Shown in pieces: positions 38,546 to 51,601 of a DNA stretch of 64,000 nt (position 1 is the stretch's first letter; each line of letters begins with the position of its first letter). Under the pieces are notes generated by a model. The model did no database searches. It was not told the origin of the DNA and saw only the letters and a list, made by a program, of their open reading frames with translations. Source of the stretch: Phoronis australis. Its lineage: Eukaryota; Animalia; Phoronida. The DNA lies in the NCBI GenBank assembly GCA_002633005.1, contig NMRA01000384.1, positions 101,504 to 165,503 on the forward strand, read 5' to 3'. Position numbers and translations under genes: made by a program.

Positions 38546-39513
38546 GTTGTACAATTATGTTTTTACTGCCGCCTCAAGTATACTCACTGTCACTTTACAT
38601 GTACATATTCAGTGTGTAACACTCCCTGGTTATACATGTATGCTCAATATGTTAATCCACTTTAACACAAGCAACACCTGACTACTGAAATGACAGCTGT
38701 AGATTTGTTATCACCTAGCTTCCAGTGACATCTGTTGACAATCAGTATCGGGTATCTTTGCTTTCATTGGTTTTGGTAAAATTTTACCAAAAAATATGGA
38801 CAAACATAATTGCTGAAATTGGTCTCTTTTCATTTCACAACTGCTTAACATTGCAGTGAATGTCCATAATTTGTGGAAGCGTCTGCATTTGGCAGCTGTA
38901 GAAAAGAAATATAAAGTGACAACGTATCTCTATGGTGCTAGTTATTTCTTGAGGAAAAATTTAAAAAATGTGTTCTGAATTGGTGAGGTATTACTTCAGG
39001 GTGTTTCGCTATTTCAGTGGTCGGGCCCCCTTCTCAACATTGTGGATCTGCCCTGGCATTGGCGCCTGTTAAACAAAATATTTTTGAACAGCACTGTAGA
39101 CACTATTTGTCACTGAATACGGTAAAAAGTCTTCAGTTTGAGAAAGCTTCTAAGATTTGGGATCCTGTAATTCAAGCCAAATTTGAATTTTCTTGATTCT
39201 GAAGTTTGAGACTCAAGTAATTTTGGAATTCATCATATTTCTGAAATATCAGACACTGTGTTTTGTGTCAGGAGAGTCTGAAATAAGACTTGTCAGTTCA
39301 CACAGTCGTTTAAAATAGCTGCTGTTGAAACGTTTGCATGCATTAGCATAGTGTAAAACTGAGGTGTATGATTGTTAGTAATTCTTGAATTTGGGGTAGC
39401 CAACAATGCCTATTACTAAATGTTTTTAACCTTGAGCAAAATAATTTGTCAATGTCTCAAACTGGATAATTTGTACTCTAGTTCTCACTCATTTGTGATG
39501 TTTGTCGTTGCAG

Positions 39514-39619
39514 GAACGTTCTGCCAGATCAACACCAACGAATGTGTAAGCCAGCCGTGTCAGAACGGCGGTACTTGTGTGGATGAGGTCAATGGGTACA
39601 CTTGTAGATGTGTGCCTGG
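39514..39619 (+). CDS. Coding exon 12, EGF 6
   Basis: ttgcag acceptor, GG|GTAAGT donor. Encodes [25 protein letters not shown]. Confidence 0.93.
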
Positions 39620-40450
39620 GTAAGTTATCATGGTGATATAGTTAAGTGAGATCTACCTGACAGTAAAACTTCAGTGGTTTAATATGTTGTGACTCACCAC
39701 AGGATTTGACTTAGTGTCTCAGAACTGTGTGTTAAGGTTATGCAGGATCCTAGAAAAACGTTCAAATCTGGCTGACTTTAAACTTTTAGATGCCATGCTT
39801 TGTACATTGGCTGCTGGGAATTGTTTTAAAATACCCACTTTTGATAGAGGAGCTATCAAAAATAGGACTTTTATGATTATTATTAAAGAAAACTCAGAAT
39901 TGCATCAAACAAAAATCAAACTACAATCTAGAAAATTGCAGCAGTGTTTCTGAGATTTTATCTTCACCTTAAGATGTATATCGTCCAAATTTACCTTAGT
40001 TTGTTCTTGACAGTTGACTACCTTGTTTCTTAAACGGATGGTCACTTAGCCCAATTAAAGGCAGGTTCACTTGGTAGAAAGTATTTGTACAGACTTTCAG
40101 CCTTCACAGTATATATTATACTTTTTTTAATTAAAATTTTGAGGATATTTGTTAAAATACACCACCTTGTCCATAAGATCCTACTTCTGCATTACCTTGA
40201 TCTTGAAAATTAACAGTAATTCTACATTTTTTTCTCCAGGAAACAACAGAAAGTGTGTTGAAAATTACCCAAATTAATTAAAGTGAACTCTCATTTTCAT
40301 TTGTTGTTTAGCGATACCAATGGATAGAAACGCTACATCAGTTGAGCAGACCTTTTCACTAATCCAGTCATGTTGAGTTATTTTGGAATGTAATCTGTAA
40401 AAACAGAGCAAGCAAGATGACAGTTTTGTAAAGGAAGCTTCTGATTTCAG

Positions 40451-40678
40451 TTTTAATGGAACAGAATGCCAAAATGAAATAGACGAGTGTTCCCTGGGTT
40501 ACTGTGAACACCATCTGAACTGTACAGACCTGCTTAATGCCTGGATTTGCACATGTGAACAGGGTTGGACCGGCTACAATTGTACAGAAAACATAGATGA
40601 CTGCTTGTCACAGCCATGCAGAAATGGTGCTTCTTGTGTCGATGGTGTCGTCAACTATACTTGTGAATGTGTTCCCGG
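40451..40678 (+). CDS. Coding exon 13, EGF 7-8
   Basis: tttcag acceptor, GG|GTATGT donor. Encodes DECSLGYCEHHLNC...DDCLSQPCRNGASC... Confidence 0.92.
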
Positions 40679-40834
40679 GTATGTAACACATAATGTGAAC
40701 GTCAAATTTTCACGGGTTATTAATGGTATTATGTCTTGTGAACGCTATATTATGTGCCACAAACGGCACAATGAGTTATATTCTTCACGTTTTTGAAAGC
40801 TTTTGGGATTGTTGTTTTTCCTTGCCTTTCCCAG

Positions 40835-41070
40835 ATATACTGGCCGTAACTGTACAGTGGATATCGATGACTGCGCCAGTCTCCCGTGCCAACAAGGTGG
40901 GGCGTGTACTGACCACGTGAACGGCTACTCGTGCCAGTGTCCAGTCGCATGGACAGGGGTCAGCTGTGAGACCGAGGTCAATGAGTGTGAGTCTGGACCG
41001 TGTCAGAATGGGGCAACGTGCAATGACTTGATTGGCTCGTATAGTTGCGCCTGTGTGCCTGGTTATGCAG
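40835..41070 (+). CDS. Coding exon 14, EGF 9-10
   Basis: ttcccag acceptor, AG|GTGAGT donor. Two cbEGF repeats. Confidence 0.93.
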
Positions 41071-42176
41071 GTGAGTGCTGTGATCCGACGCAAGCGTAAC
41101 ACTGGCGTAATTTCTAGTCAAGAGGTCATATGTTCAAAGGCGTTTGGGATATATATATAGACCTTCCAAAGCACTGCCACCAGCAGATGGAAGTGTATGA
41201 TGTATAGAAGTCACTTTATAGTGGTTATTCAAGCTGCCAGATGTTCATTTCATCAAAGGTGCGTGTAAATGGGTAGCATCTATCCAAAATCAACTGCCGG
41301 CTTACCGAGCAGATGATGACCTACACGATACTTTGTGATTCTCGATTGGTAACGTAACCCGTGCCCCACATGTCTATTTTAGGATGTGCGTTTGTCGGTT
41401 TTTGCTGTCCGAAAAAAGGTCAATGCATGAAAATTTCATTGGAAATGAAAATGGGCACAAACCAACAAAGAATTTTTTAAGATTCTTTAAATATCCTCTC
41501 AGTCGTATATTCATTTTTGCTTGGTAACAAACAATTGCAAAAATTGTCTGCTTTTTGGGAGGCTGCTAATGTGGCATAGAAAATGAAATGTCCGAATTTG
41601 GCGAGAGTTTACCGTAATTGCTGAGTCAGCAATTTTTTTGATGAAATAGAGAGTCTGTCATCTCTTGTTCAAAATGTTTACATGTTCACTTCTTTTAAGT
41701 TATTTATGATATCTACATGTTGTCTGTGTACTAGTTAGTGATTGTCTCAGTGTCCTGTGTTTGATTAGAGCACGAGATCAACCAATCACGATGTTGGATT
41801 TTGGCCAAGTTAGCATTAGAAAACTGAGAACAATTGCTAATTGCTGATAACATTGTAGTTACGTATATTACAATGTTCAATGTTCAATGTTTCGGAGGTA
41901 AATCAGTCCATCGTCACGTAAATAGAAAACCCCACAGAAGAGCTGAAAACAGTCTGACATCAATAGTCGCAGTAAATACCTAAATGGCTAAAGCTATCTC
42001 AAAGGGTGAGCTGTGACGTCCTACCATTCAGCTAAACATTGGCAAAACTCTTTATTGATGTTAGTCTGATCTACCACTTGAAATTTTTTTGTAAATGAGA
42101 AATGTTGCCAGCGATCGTTCTCATCACTTACTGACAACATTCGTGCTTTTTAAGTTTGTATCTGTTTGATCTTCAG

Positions 42177-42364
42177 GTACTAACTGTGAAGTTGACATTA
42201 ATGAATGCCTGAGCAATCCCTGCTTGAATGGAGCGACGTGTCTCAACTTTGTGAACCAGTTCACGTGTTCATGCGCTCCGGGATACAGTGGTGTTAGATG
42301 TGATCAGGACATCGATGAGTGTTTGTCGTCACCGTGTCGAGGCGGAGCTAGCTGCACTGACAAG
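42177..42364 (+). CDS. Coding exon 15, EGF 11-12
   Basis: cttcag acceptor, AAG|GTGTGG donor. Encodes [16 protein letters not shown]...DIDECLSSPCRGGASCTDK. Confidence 0.92.
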
Positions 42365-43219
42365 GTGTGGTATTGAGACTGCTTTGGTCAGGAAAAAACA
42401 GTAGATAGAAGACAAAATTAATCAGACAAAATACCATTTTCCTGTCATGACGGCTAATTCTGTTAACAGCAAAAATGACTGATGATAATTATTAGGGCAG
42501 TAACATTCTTATTACAGAATGGCTTAGCCCCCTTATTAACTTTCCTGTTAATTCATTCTCAGTCATGAGTGAAGATCATTGCGATGATGAATTTGGCTTC
42601 TGCCCAGTGGTAATGACGGAGGATTGTGGTCATTATGTCTGAATACTTTTGATTTGTACTGTCTGTCTGTTTGTGTTTCGAAGTTCCCGATTTTGTAAGG
42701 GAGCCACACTGCTAGGTGGTTAGGACACCAGAAATACTGTTGATAGCTTTACTAATGTTTGTTAAGTTTTAGTAAATGCTCTTCAGTTATTGTAAAATTC
42801 CACCAATTTTGTTTTTCAAAGACTTCCAACATTGCTATGAGTTCCCACAGTTACTCAAATCATCTGATGGTAGCTATAGCTTTGTACTTTAAGGTGAAAC
42901 ATTCATTCGGTATAAACATGAAGATGTAAAATTTCTTTGTCGTGTGTACACTGTTGTGTTTTCTAAATTTGTGAAACTTTACTATAAGCACTCAACATGG
43001 TGTGAAATTTTTGTTCGTAAAATTTCTTGAGCAAAATCATTGTTAAGAGAAAATTGACATCTACCGCTGTGAGTTATATTGAATGGCTGTCATGAAACAA
43101 AATTTTGGCAAAATTTGTAACTTTTTAACAATGTTATCATTCTTAGTAGAATAGAAAAATTGTCATGATGATTTTTGATCTCGTAGCATTTTCTTGAAGT
43201 TTGTGGTTTTCTTTTCTAG

Positions 43220-43373
43220 ATAAATGGTTACAGTTGTACGTGCACACAGGGATTCACGGGGGTTAGATGTGAGGTCGACATCAAGGAGTGTGAGTCGTTA
43301 CCATGCCAACACGGAGGAACATGTATAGAACAAGTGGGGGCTTTCTCGTGCCTGTGTCGGCAGGGTTATAGAG
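43220..43373 (+). CDS. Coding exon 16, EGF 12-13 (GC donor)
   Basis: ttttctag acceptor. Ends at AG|GCAAGT, a GC donor required for phase and cysteine spacing with the next exon. Confidence 0.9.
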
Positions 43374-44004
43374 GCAAGTCTAGGCTAGAATGAATGATTA
43401 GATACCCTACAAGTCAAACGTTGTCTTCATTTTTGGTATAACGCGTTGTATAAATTTCGATTTTTTTACTCATTAGCTGTTGTCATGCGTCATTTGTTTG
43501 TTTACTGTCCCTTTTGAAAACACCTGGCGAGAAAAGATTTTCAGGGAACAGATAGGGTACACGTGCTTGTGCTACAAGTAGCGTAATTGGTTCTGGGTAC
43601 AGGGTCTAATCTTTGTACACGAAATTGAAGTTGAAGTTGCGTCTTGACAGTTTCCAAGTACATTTTTGTCTACTAAAGATAAGTGTCTATCATTCTGTGG
43701 TCAAGTGCGTGATGGACTGCACTTGATGACCTCAGCATTAAAGCTTTAAGTGCGAGTCTGAATGCAAAATCTCTAGCTTTTACTCGAAATATCAATTTTT
43801 ACTGGAGTTTGTAGCTGGAGTCTAGGGGTCATCGAGTGCAAATTGGACTAGATACTCGTCGGCACAAACCATGAAGTACCAGAGTACACAAAAATAGATA
43901 CCTCTTTTGACTTTGTATTAAAATACAGCAGAAAATGTGTTATCACTTCATCAATGGTCAGAAAAAAGCAATAATGTGATTTTTGGCCCAATGTTCTGCT
44001 TCAG

Positions 44005-44144
44005 GTGATCGTTGTGAAGAGAACATTGACGAGTGCAGAGAACCATCTGTTCACCGCTGTCAGAACCAGGCTCGCTGTGTTGATGGTGTGAACAGCTATA
44101 CATGTAACTGTCAGCCTGGCTGGGCTGGACAGTACTGTGATGTG
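44005..44144 (+). CDS. Coding exon 17, EGF 14
   Basis: cttcag acceptor, GTG|GTAGGT donor. Encodes NIDECREPSVHRCQNQARCVDGVNSYTCNC. Confidence 0.92.
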
Positions 44145-44584
44145 GTAGGTTGGCCTTTGACCTTGTGATGTAATAGAAGCGATGAACTTTGGCCCTTCTG
44201 TGTAGGAAGCATCTGCTTAGTAAAGGACCTGTTGATAACAGTTATGTCCTCAAAGTTGCATTATCTAGTATTATCTTTACATTTAATATGTATTTTCAGC
44301 AAGCGCTTTGCATTTAATTTAGTTCAAATTATGGTATCAAAGTTGTTTGAAAAATCAAAAATCATAAATCTGATATTATGGAATGGTTTGATTACCATTT
44401 GTCATTGCACAACACAGTGGTGCCATCTGCCAGGGAACTGAACCTGTCTAATTCTGTGGTAGACTGAGCAGAGGGATGGCTATTTTTTGCTGGCACTGGA
44501 CGCCAGTAGAAAGCAGTTCTGAAACGTGATATTTTTCTCGCTAGTACTCGACCTAGTGAGTGAATAATGCTGTCCATCAACATA

Positions 44585-45732
44585 CAGTATGAGACAAAAG
44601 TAATCAGACAGAATACCGTTTCCCCCATCATAACAGCTTATTCTGTTCGCTCAGTGTCTGAAGTCATGCGTCTGCAAGTTGGGGTAGGTAAATGCAGAAG
44701 GCCACTTACAAGTAGCAGTAGTTGTGTTTGTGTTTCAGCTTCCCCCTTAGTTTGCCGGCAGTGATAAGCCGTCTGCTGCCTATAAGTGGAATGTTACTGA
44801 GTATTCGGCTATTTGCAGCTGTTGCATCATTTTTCTCATTTAATTTTGGAATTTAATCATGAATTAGCTGCTGTCAACCACAACGGTATATTTATGGTCA
44901 AAATCGACCCGCATTTGCCAAAGATCCCTCTGGGTTGAGTCACCAGTTGTGTACAGTAACTGGACACTAGTATCCTAATTGACCTACACTTGTGAAGTGA
45001 GTTGAGAGCCTGAGCGTAATGTTAACAACAAAAATGACTGGAAATAATTATTAGAACAGCAAAATTCTAATTGCAAAATGACTTGACCACCTTACTGCAA
45101 CGGTTGGAATTTTCTGCGGAAACGCGGATTTCCACTTTTTTCAAATGTTCTGTCCACGTATTTTATTATAGTTCCGCGTAAAAAAAAATCGGATTTGATG
45201 TAAAATTTCCGTGGCAAATTTCTTTCTTACCGCGGCGTTGCCGACAACTTTCACTTCGAAAAGTGGAAGTTGCTCTTTATGTTTCGGAGGAATGTAAATT
45301 GTCAACATTGCCGGGGCATTTGGAATAGCGTCGTGGATTTTTCAATGGCGTCTCGTGTGATTGTAAATCGCGGTGACAAATACTACGACTCTGCTGCCAA
45401 AAATGTGAGGAGGTGAGAGTGGACGGACGAGCTAAAAAGACGCAGACGCACGCTTCTGGAGGTGGTACCGTTTATTTTTTTTTAGTCCTTCCGATTTTTG
45501 TCGGTTTAAGGTCCACATGGACTATTTCAAGACTGGGAAGCGCGCATGTTTTGGATCGTAAAAAGTTTTTTCGTCATTGGTAATTCCAAGCCCTGTTACT
45601 AACATTCTTGTTAATTCCCCTTCATTCTCGGTCATCAGGGGAGACTACTCTGACTATGAATTCGGCGTCTGCCCAGCCATCACGACAGATAATTGGGGGG
45701 TCATTTTGTCTGATTACTTTTGACCTGTACTG
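44585..45732. mobile_element. Family B Tc1/mariner MITE split by two nested insertions (44648-45016 and 45098-45595)
   Basis: TA|CAGTA ... TACTG|TA ends. The remaining segments are colinear with the uninterrupted copies at 6165 and 42410. Confidence 0.75.
45098..45595. mobile_element. CAGGG-ended MITE, family A (long type)
   Basis: Colinear with 51098-51601; flanks ttactg/ttacta. Confidence 0.85.
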
Positions 45733-46133
45733 TATATCAAGCTTGGGGATGTGGATGAAATGGAGAAGTTCAAGCGGGAGTTAGCCTTTGGTTTTTGTCA
45801 ATATCTAAGTTGAGTTGGCTACTTGCCATTGTTAACGTGGTCTCAAACTTATCTTTGCTCAAATGAGAAATGATTTCTGGCCAGTGGAAGATCTTACAGT
45901 GACCTGAAATTTTACGAGCTTGGCTTGAAGAAATAACAAAACTGTACGAGCCCAGAGTTACCTATAAAATTGAGTAAGATACAAAGTAAGAAAAATTTTA
46001 TTACGGAAATGGTATGTGGCCATTATCAACATTTTAATTATTTGACAAAAATCATGGTTTATTGCTGTTTAAAGTTAATGACTGTTAAACAAGGTAAAAT
46101 ATGCAATGCAAAATATGATGGTTTCTGTCATAG

Positions 46134-46338
46134 GAAGTGGACGAATGTGCCGCCCAGCCGTGCCAACATGGTGGCAACTGTACGGATCGTGTGAACGGGT
46201 TCACCTGCGACTGCCCGCCTAACTTTCAGGGAGTCACGTGCTCTGACGACGTCGACGAATGCGTCACGTTGTTCCCGTGTCGTAACTTTGTACTGTGTAA
46301 TAACACGTACGGAGGATATGACTGTGTTTGTATACCAG
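46134..46338 (+). CDS. Coding exon 18, EGF 15-16
   Basis: tcatag acceptor, AG|GTGAGA donor. Two EGF repeats. Confidence 0.92.
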
Positions 46339-46905
46339 GTGAGAAATGGTAGGAGGTGTTAAGGTCTTCTAACGTGTCTGTTGCCAATATATCGCAGTTT
46401 CCCGTAATACCGTCGGGCAAGACGTAGATTGAGTAAGGCAAGATTCTTGTGAGATTGGAAAGGTCACCCAGGATCAGGTATTATGGCAGCCTAGTGTTTT
46501 GTAAATAAGCGTGTTTGTTACATTACTGACATATGTTAGCAAAATAGTAAACCGTCTGATCTGATTGGTCAGATGGCCCGGAATGTTGGATTATGGTGGA
46601 AAGCTCACAACTGCATTTCATAATCCAGGAAATCTTGCCACAAGTGTCTCACGAAATGCACTCCTGACTGCATAAATTCATAAGAACTGTTAAAGTTGTT
46701 GTTAAAGACTTGGATTTTATGTGATTTCTGAACTTAGAAGAATTGATTATTGATTATTGCTTGAGATGAGGTTGAATAAGTTAGCTTCATCTGGCTATTC
46801 ATTCAGTTATGTCCTCATACTCTTACAGTCAATTGTCTACCTGTACATACGCCCATACACATCATTGTGGTATACTCTAAACTTACTGTGTTGTTCATTG
46901 ATAAG

Positions 46906-47112
46906 GTTTCACTGGAAAGCACTGCGAGCACAACATTGACGAGTGTGCGAGTCAGCCATGTTGGTTTGGCGGCACGTGCCTGGACAAGGCTAATGGGTAC
47001 GAATGCACGTGTCCTCCTGGTGTCATCGGCGATCACTGCCAAGCGGTCATACGACAGTGTGACATGAATGAAGTATGCGGCGATAATGGTGTCTGTGTTG
47101 AGAAGCCGGCAG
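46906..47112 (+). CDS. Coding exon 19, EGF 17-18
   Basis: AAG acceptor, AG|GTAAAT donor. Encodes NIDECASQPCWFGGTCLDKANGYECTC... Confidence 0.9.
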
Positions 47113-47348
47113 GTAAATTTGTGAACTGGATACTTATACGAACTTCTCAAAATGTTTAGAAATTGATGCGCATCTGTCAATACTTTTGTTACTTTTGACT
47201 TAATTTTTTAGTGTTGTGTATCAATATCAATTTCTTTTATTCCTCTTTTGAACGTGTTCAAGTAATACTGGTCACTGTTAGTAATAAATTATTTCCTCTC
47301 TCAATTAAAACAATATTTTTAAATCGGTGATCGTTCTTTTCATTGCAG

Positions 47349-47489
47349 GAGGCTACATGTGCTACTGTAAGCCGGGTTACGTTGGTCCTCACTGTGGGTC
47401 AGAGGTCAATGAATGTCTGTCCACACCCTGTCTCAATGGTGCCACATGTACTGACCTGGTGAATGGGTTCAACTGCACTTGTAAACCTG
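47349..47489 (+). CDS. Coding exon 20, EGF 18-19
   Basis: ttgcag acceptor, G|GTAAGA donor. Encodes [16 protein letters not shown]... Confidence 0.93.
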
Positions 47490-47649
47490 GTAAGACAATG
47501 AAAATATTAAGTAAGGATCCCTTGAGGTGGTCAGTGTACCTGCGTTTCGTCTGTATGTCATGGACTTGGTTCACATCGGAGTGCACCCACTGCGTTGTTG
47601 AATAAAACAATAAAAACAATAGGGGTGTTCCCTAATGTTGGAGGGAATC

Positions 47650-48040
47650 CTGTAGCAGGTCTGAGGACACCACAGGGAGATCAAGTCCAGGATCTCTATT
47701 CAGACTTGAATCTCAATAGTCTCCGGTACCCTACGCTTCCACTTACATGGGTGTAGACTTAATATACTGAAATCCTCATCAGAGACCTGGTGGTGTAGAT
47801 CCCTGGCATGTTCTTGAATAGCAGTAATGGGTCTGAGGTTGGGATTGTGATGGTTTTTAACCGTAGTCGTTAACTGGCGACCCATTCCCCGATATAGTTG
47901 TCAGTACACTCACCACACATATATTCGTACATCACACCTCTGTAGGGGGGGGGGGGGGGGGANGGGGGGGTGACACATCTTTCACTGGTGGGAAGATGGA
48001 TGGTAAGACAGTGTTCGTGCTTTGTGTTCAAACTTTTATA
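47650..48040 (-). mobile_element. Penelope-like retroelement relic (GIY-YIG endonuclease region, frameshifted)
   Basis: Translated pieces on the - strand: TNTVLPSIFPPVKD, RGVMYEYMCGECTDNYIGE, GRQLTTTVKNH, TAIQEHARDLHH, ETIEI, LNRDPGLDLP. This is the GIY-YIG/CCHH pattern of PLEs. Confidence 0.8.
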
Positions 48041-48589
48041 GTGTGCAAATGATCAGGGTAATTACTGTACCTACTTTGGTGGAGACAGTTGCCAGGGTTG
48101 TGTGATCATTTGATGTCAGGTTTTCAAGTTGGTTATGAATTCTTTTGTATTTGGCTGAATGAACTGCGGTGCTTTGCTTTCGCAATTACGGAAATGGTCC
48201 ATTGGCATTTACACGTTTAAATGTTTTTTTGAAAAATATTCTCCGCTAAGTGAAATTGAGCTTCGTTAGTTACAGCTTTTAGAAAAATATTCTTTGATGA
48301 GTGTGTGTTATGTTCAGTTTGATATAGCTTTTGAAAATAAGTAGTTTATGTTTGTTATGATGTATCTTTTGAAAATTAGTGGTTTATGTTTGTTATGAAA
48401 ATTTGAAAATGTCTGTACACTTTAACACTACCAGAAAAGACATTACTCCCTCTTCAAAATGACGTTTAATTTGGAAGCCTTGTTTCATTCAAATTACCCC
48501 CATTGCTTCATGAGTTCCTTTGCAAGGTTTCGATGTTCAAATCAGAGACATTTTCTAGTTACAGTTTGCCCTTGGGATAATTTTGATAG

Positions 48590-48829
<240 letters not shown>

Positions 48830-50426
48830 TAAATTACTCTTACTTTTTACTTTGTCTGTGGTTCAGAGCCAAGGGTGGGCACAGGAGTCATTGAAACAAG
48901 CATAGCCTTACAGTCCCTTGAGGATAGACGGGTGAATGTTTAGTAAAAAATAGTCCTGTTAGATTCCATGACTGTTCTAGTCTCCCAATACCTTCTGTCT
49001 TCTTTCTGTGATGTTCATGCGTTGAATGAGGAAATAGTCACCCTGGATTCACCTTTGGCACAGAAATCGGCTTTTTGAATTTGTGTTAATATACTAATCG
49101 GTCATTGTTTTGATGGATTCCTGGATAGTATGAGTAGTAGATCTGCAAGGAGTGTCCTCACTGACAAAAACACTTTTTCAGTTTGTCTTTTGGTCAGTAA
49201 TCATGCGGTATAATGTGCCCGAATTGTGAGAACCAGTTTTCTCCACTGAATAACGGGCATCAAACTGGTTCTCAAAGTATGGGCTCGTTATATGCGACTA
49301 CTTCCTTTTGGTCCACGCAGAATGGCTAGATCCTATTCAGACGACATCGTAGATTCTCCAATTTGTTTACCTTTGACTACAATCATTAAAGCAATCGATT
49401 TTATTTCTGTAACAAAGGCCCTAGACCAATTGTTCAAATACAACATGTAAATGTTTAGGCGTATAAAAGGTTCTCATAGTGATAAAAAAATGAGAAATCT
49501 TATTTACAAGTTTAAAGTCAGTTGGACATTGTCACTTGTTGGTGCCAGCTTAATGAATTTAATTACAGAAAGGTGTTTGTAGTTAAATACATGAATACTT
49601 AGAACCCTTCTCTACAGCCAAACAGAAAATGGTATCTGTTCATAATAGTATTGAGACAGAAGAGACACAATCTGCCTGGTCAATATCTAAGTGTGACTAC
49701 TTCAGTCAGTAGTTTGTGATTTGAACGTGTCGTACCGTTGGTGATGCTTGAAATTAAGTCTGCATTTGCGTTATGAGAAATTGAATGAAATATTTTCGCC
49801 AAAGTACACAGCTCATTGAAACCTGCACTTTCTTTCCCAATAAGTGTTAAATAGTATTGTTTTAACAGGAGGCAGGTTTATATGTCAAGCTTTGAGTTGA
49901 GATTCAACCTGTGATAGGATTGATGTGATCAAATTCTGGAAACTTTTACCACATTCCTGATTTTTTTAAGGATGTTTTGACGACCTGTAGATTGCTCTGT
50001 GTTTTTTCTGAGGAGTCGAAAGCCCTGTCATAGAAAAAAAAATTAATTTCAAAGTCAATGTTGTTGGCTCAAGTGGCCTAGTTTTGAATTTGTTCTTTGG
50101 AAATCAAATTGAATGAGCTGTAGACTGAAGTGGAGTTAGATAGATAATCTGAATGTGAGGTCCTGAACCGACTGTACACGTATTCAGACAAAATGACCCG
50201 GAATGTTCTGTCGTGACGGCAAAGCAAGAGTCATCATTAGATCAGCCTTCACTCGGGACTAAGATTGAATGGAAATTAAAAAGAAAGTTGGTAACTAGGT
50301 GGCTAAACCATTCTGTAATTAGAATTTTGTCACCATTTAGACACTCTCGGTCATTTTTGCTTAATTATTCAAAATCAGCCACCATGACGAGGAAACAGTA
50401 TTTTGTCAAAGTTTTCTAAATTTTAA

Positions 50427-50552
<126 letters not shown>

Positions 50553-50854
50553 TGAGGACATGCTGACCATAAAAACAACATGAGTTTCTTTTTGTTTGTT
50601 TTTAATGGCAAGACGAAAGTTTGGCATTTCTAACATGTCTGTGTTTAATCACAACACAGTATTTCCATATGCCGGTCCACCAGAGCGGGACGGCTACTCT
50701 AACCTGAGGTGGATCTTCCTTTTTTCAATAAGAATAATCATGTACATGTTTACAAAAAATAATGCAAAATAGTTGATGCATTGGCGTTTGATCACTGCAT
50801 AGTAGAAAGTCATCACAAGGTGTGTCTGATCATGTGACTATTTTTGTCCATTAG

Positions 50855-51009
50855 GTACACGTGTCGTTGTGTCTATCCATATGATGGCGCCACCTGTCAG
50901 GTCAACACGGACCTGTGCTTCATCAACCCGTGCCTTCATGGGGGTACATGTAGGCGTGACGTGGGCCAACCAGGGGGATACACATGCGAGTGCGCCCAAG
51001 GGTTCATAG
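50855..51009 (+). CDS. Coding exon 23, EGF 22-23 (3' boundary uncertain; the open frame runs to a stop at 51083)
   Basis: ttag acceptor. Strong AG|GTAAGT donor at 51010, but the read-through frame continues as GKLC. Confidence 0.88.
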
Positions 51010-51097
51010 GTAAGTTATGTCACCTGGTGTGTAAATGCAGACCTGTTTACTGTTCAAGAGTTGTCAAGTGGATGTCGCTTTGATTATTTGGTTGGTT

Positions 51098-51601
51098 CAG
51101 GGCTTGGAATTTTCTGCGGAAACGCGGATTTCCACTTTTTTCAAATGTTCTGTCCGCGCATTTTATTATATTTCCGCGTAAAAAAAAAATCGGATTTGAT
51201 ATAAAATTTCCGCGGCAAATTCCTTTCTCACCGTGGCATTGCAGACGACGTTCACCTCGAAAAGCGGAAGTTGCTCTTTATGTTTCGGAGGAACGTAAAT
51301 TGTCAACATTGCTGGGGCATCTGGGATAGCGTGGTGGGATTTTCAATGGCGTCTCGTGTTATTGTAAACCGCGGCGACAAATACTACGGCTCTGCAGCCG
51401 AAAACGTGTGGGTTGGGAGTGGACGGACGTGGTAAAAGGACGCAGACGCATGCTATTGATGGTGGTAACGTTTTTTTTTTTTGTAGTCTTCCCGATTTTT
51501 GTCGGGAAAGCTTCATGTCGACCATTTCAAGGCTGAGTAGGGCGCATGATTTGGGCCGTAAAAGTTTTCGCGTTTTTTGTCATTGGTCATTCCAAGCCCT
51601 G
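51098..51601. mobile_element. CAGGG-ended MITE, family A (long type, complete)
   Basis: TIR CAGGGCTTGGAAT; perfect 6-bp TSD ttggtt. Confidence 0.88.
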
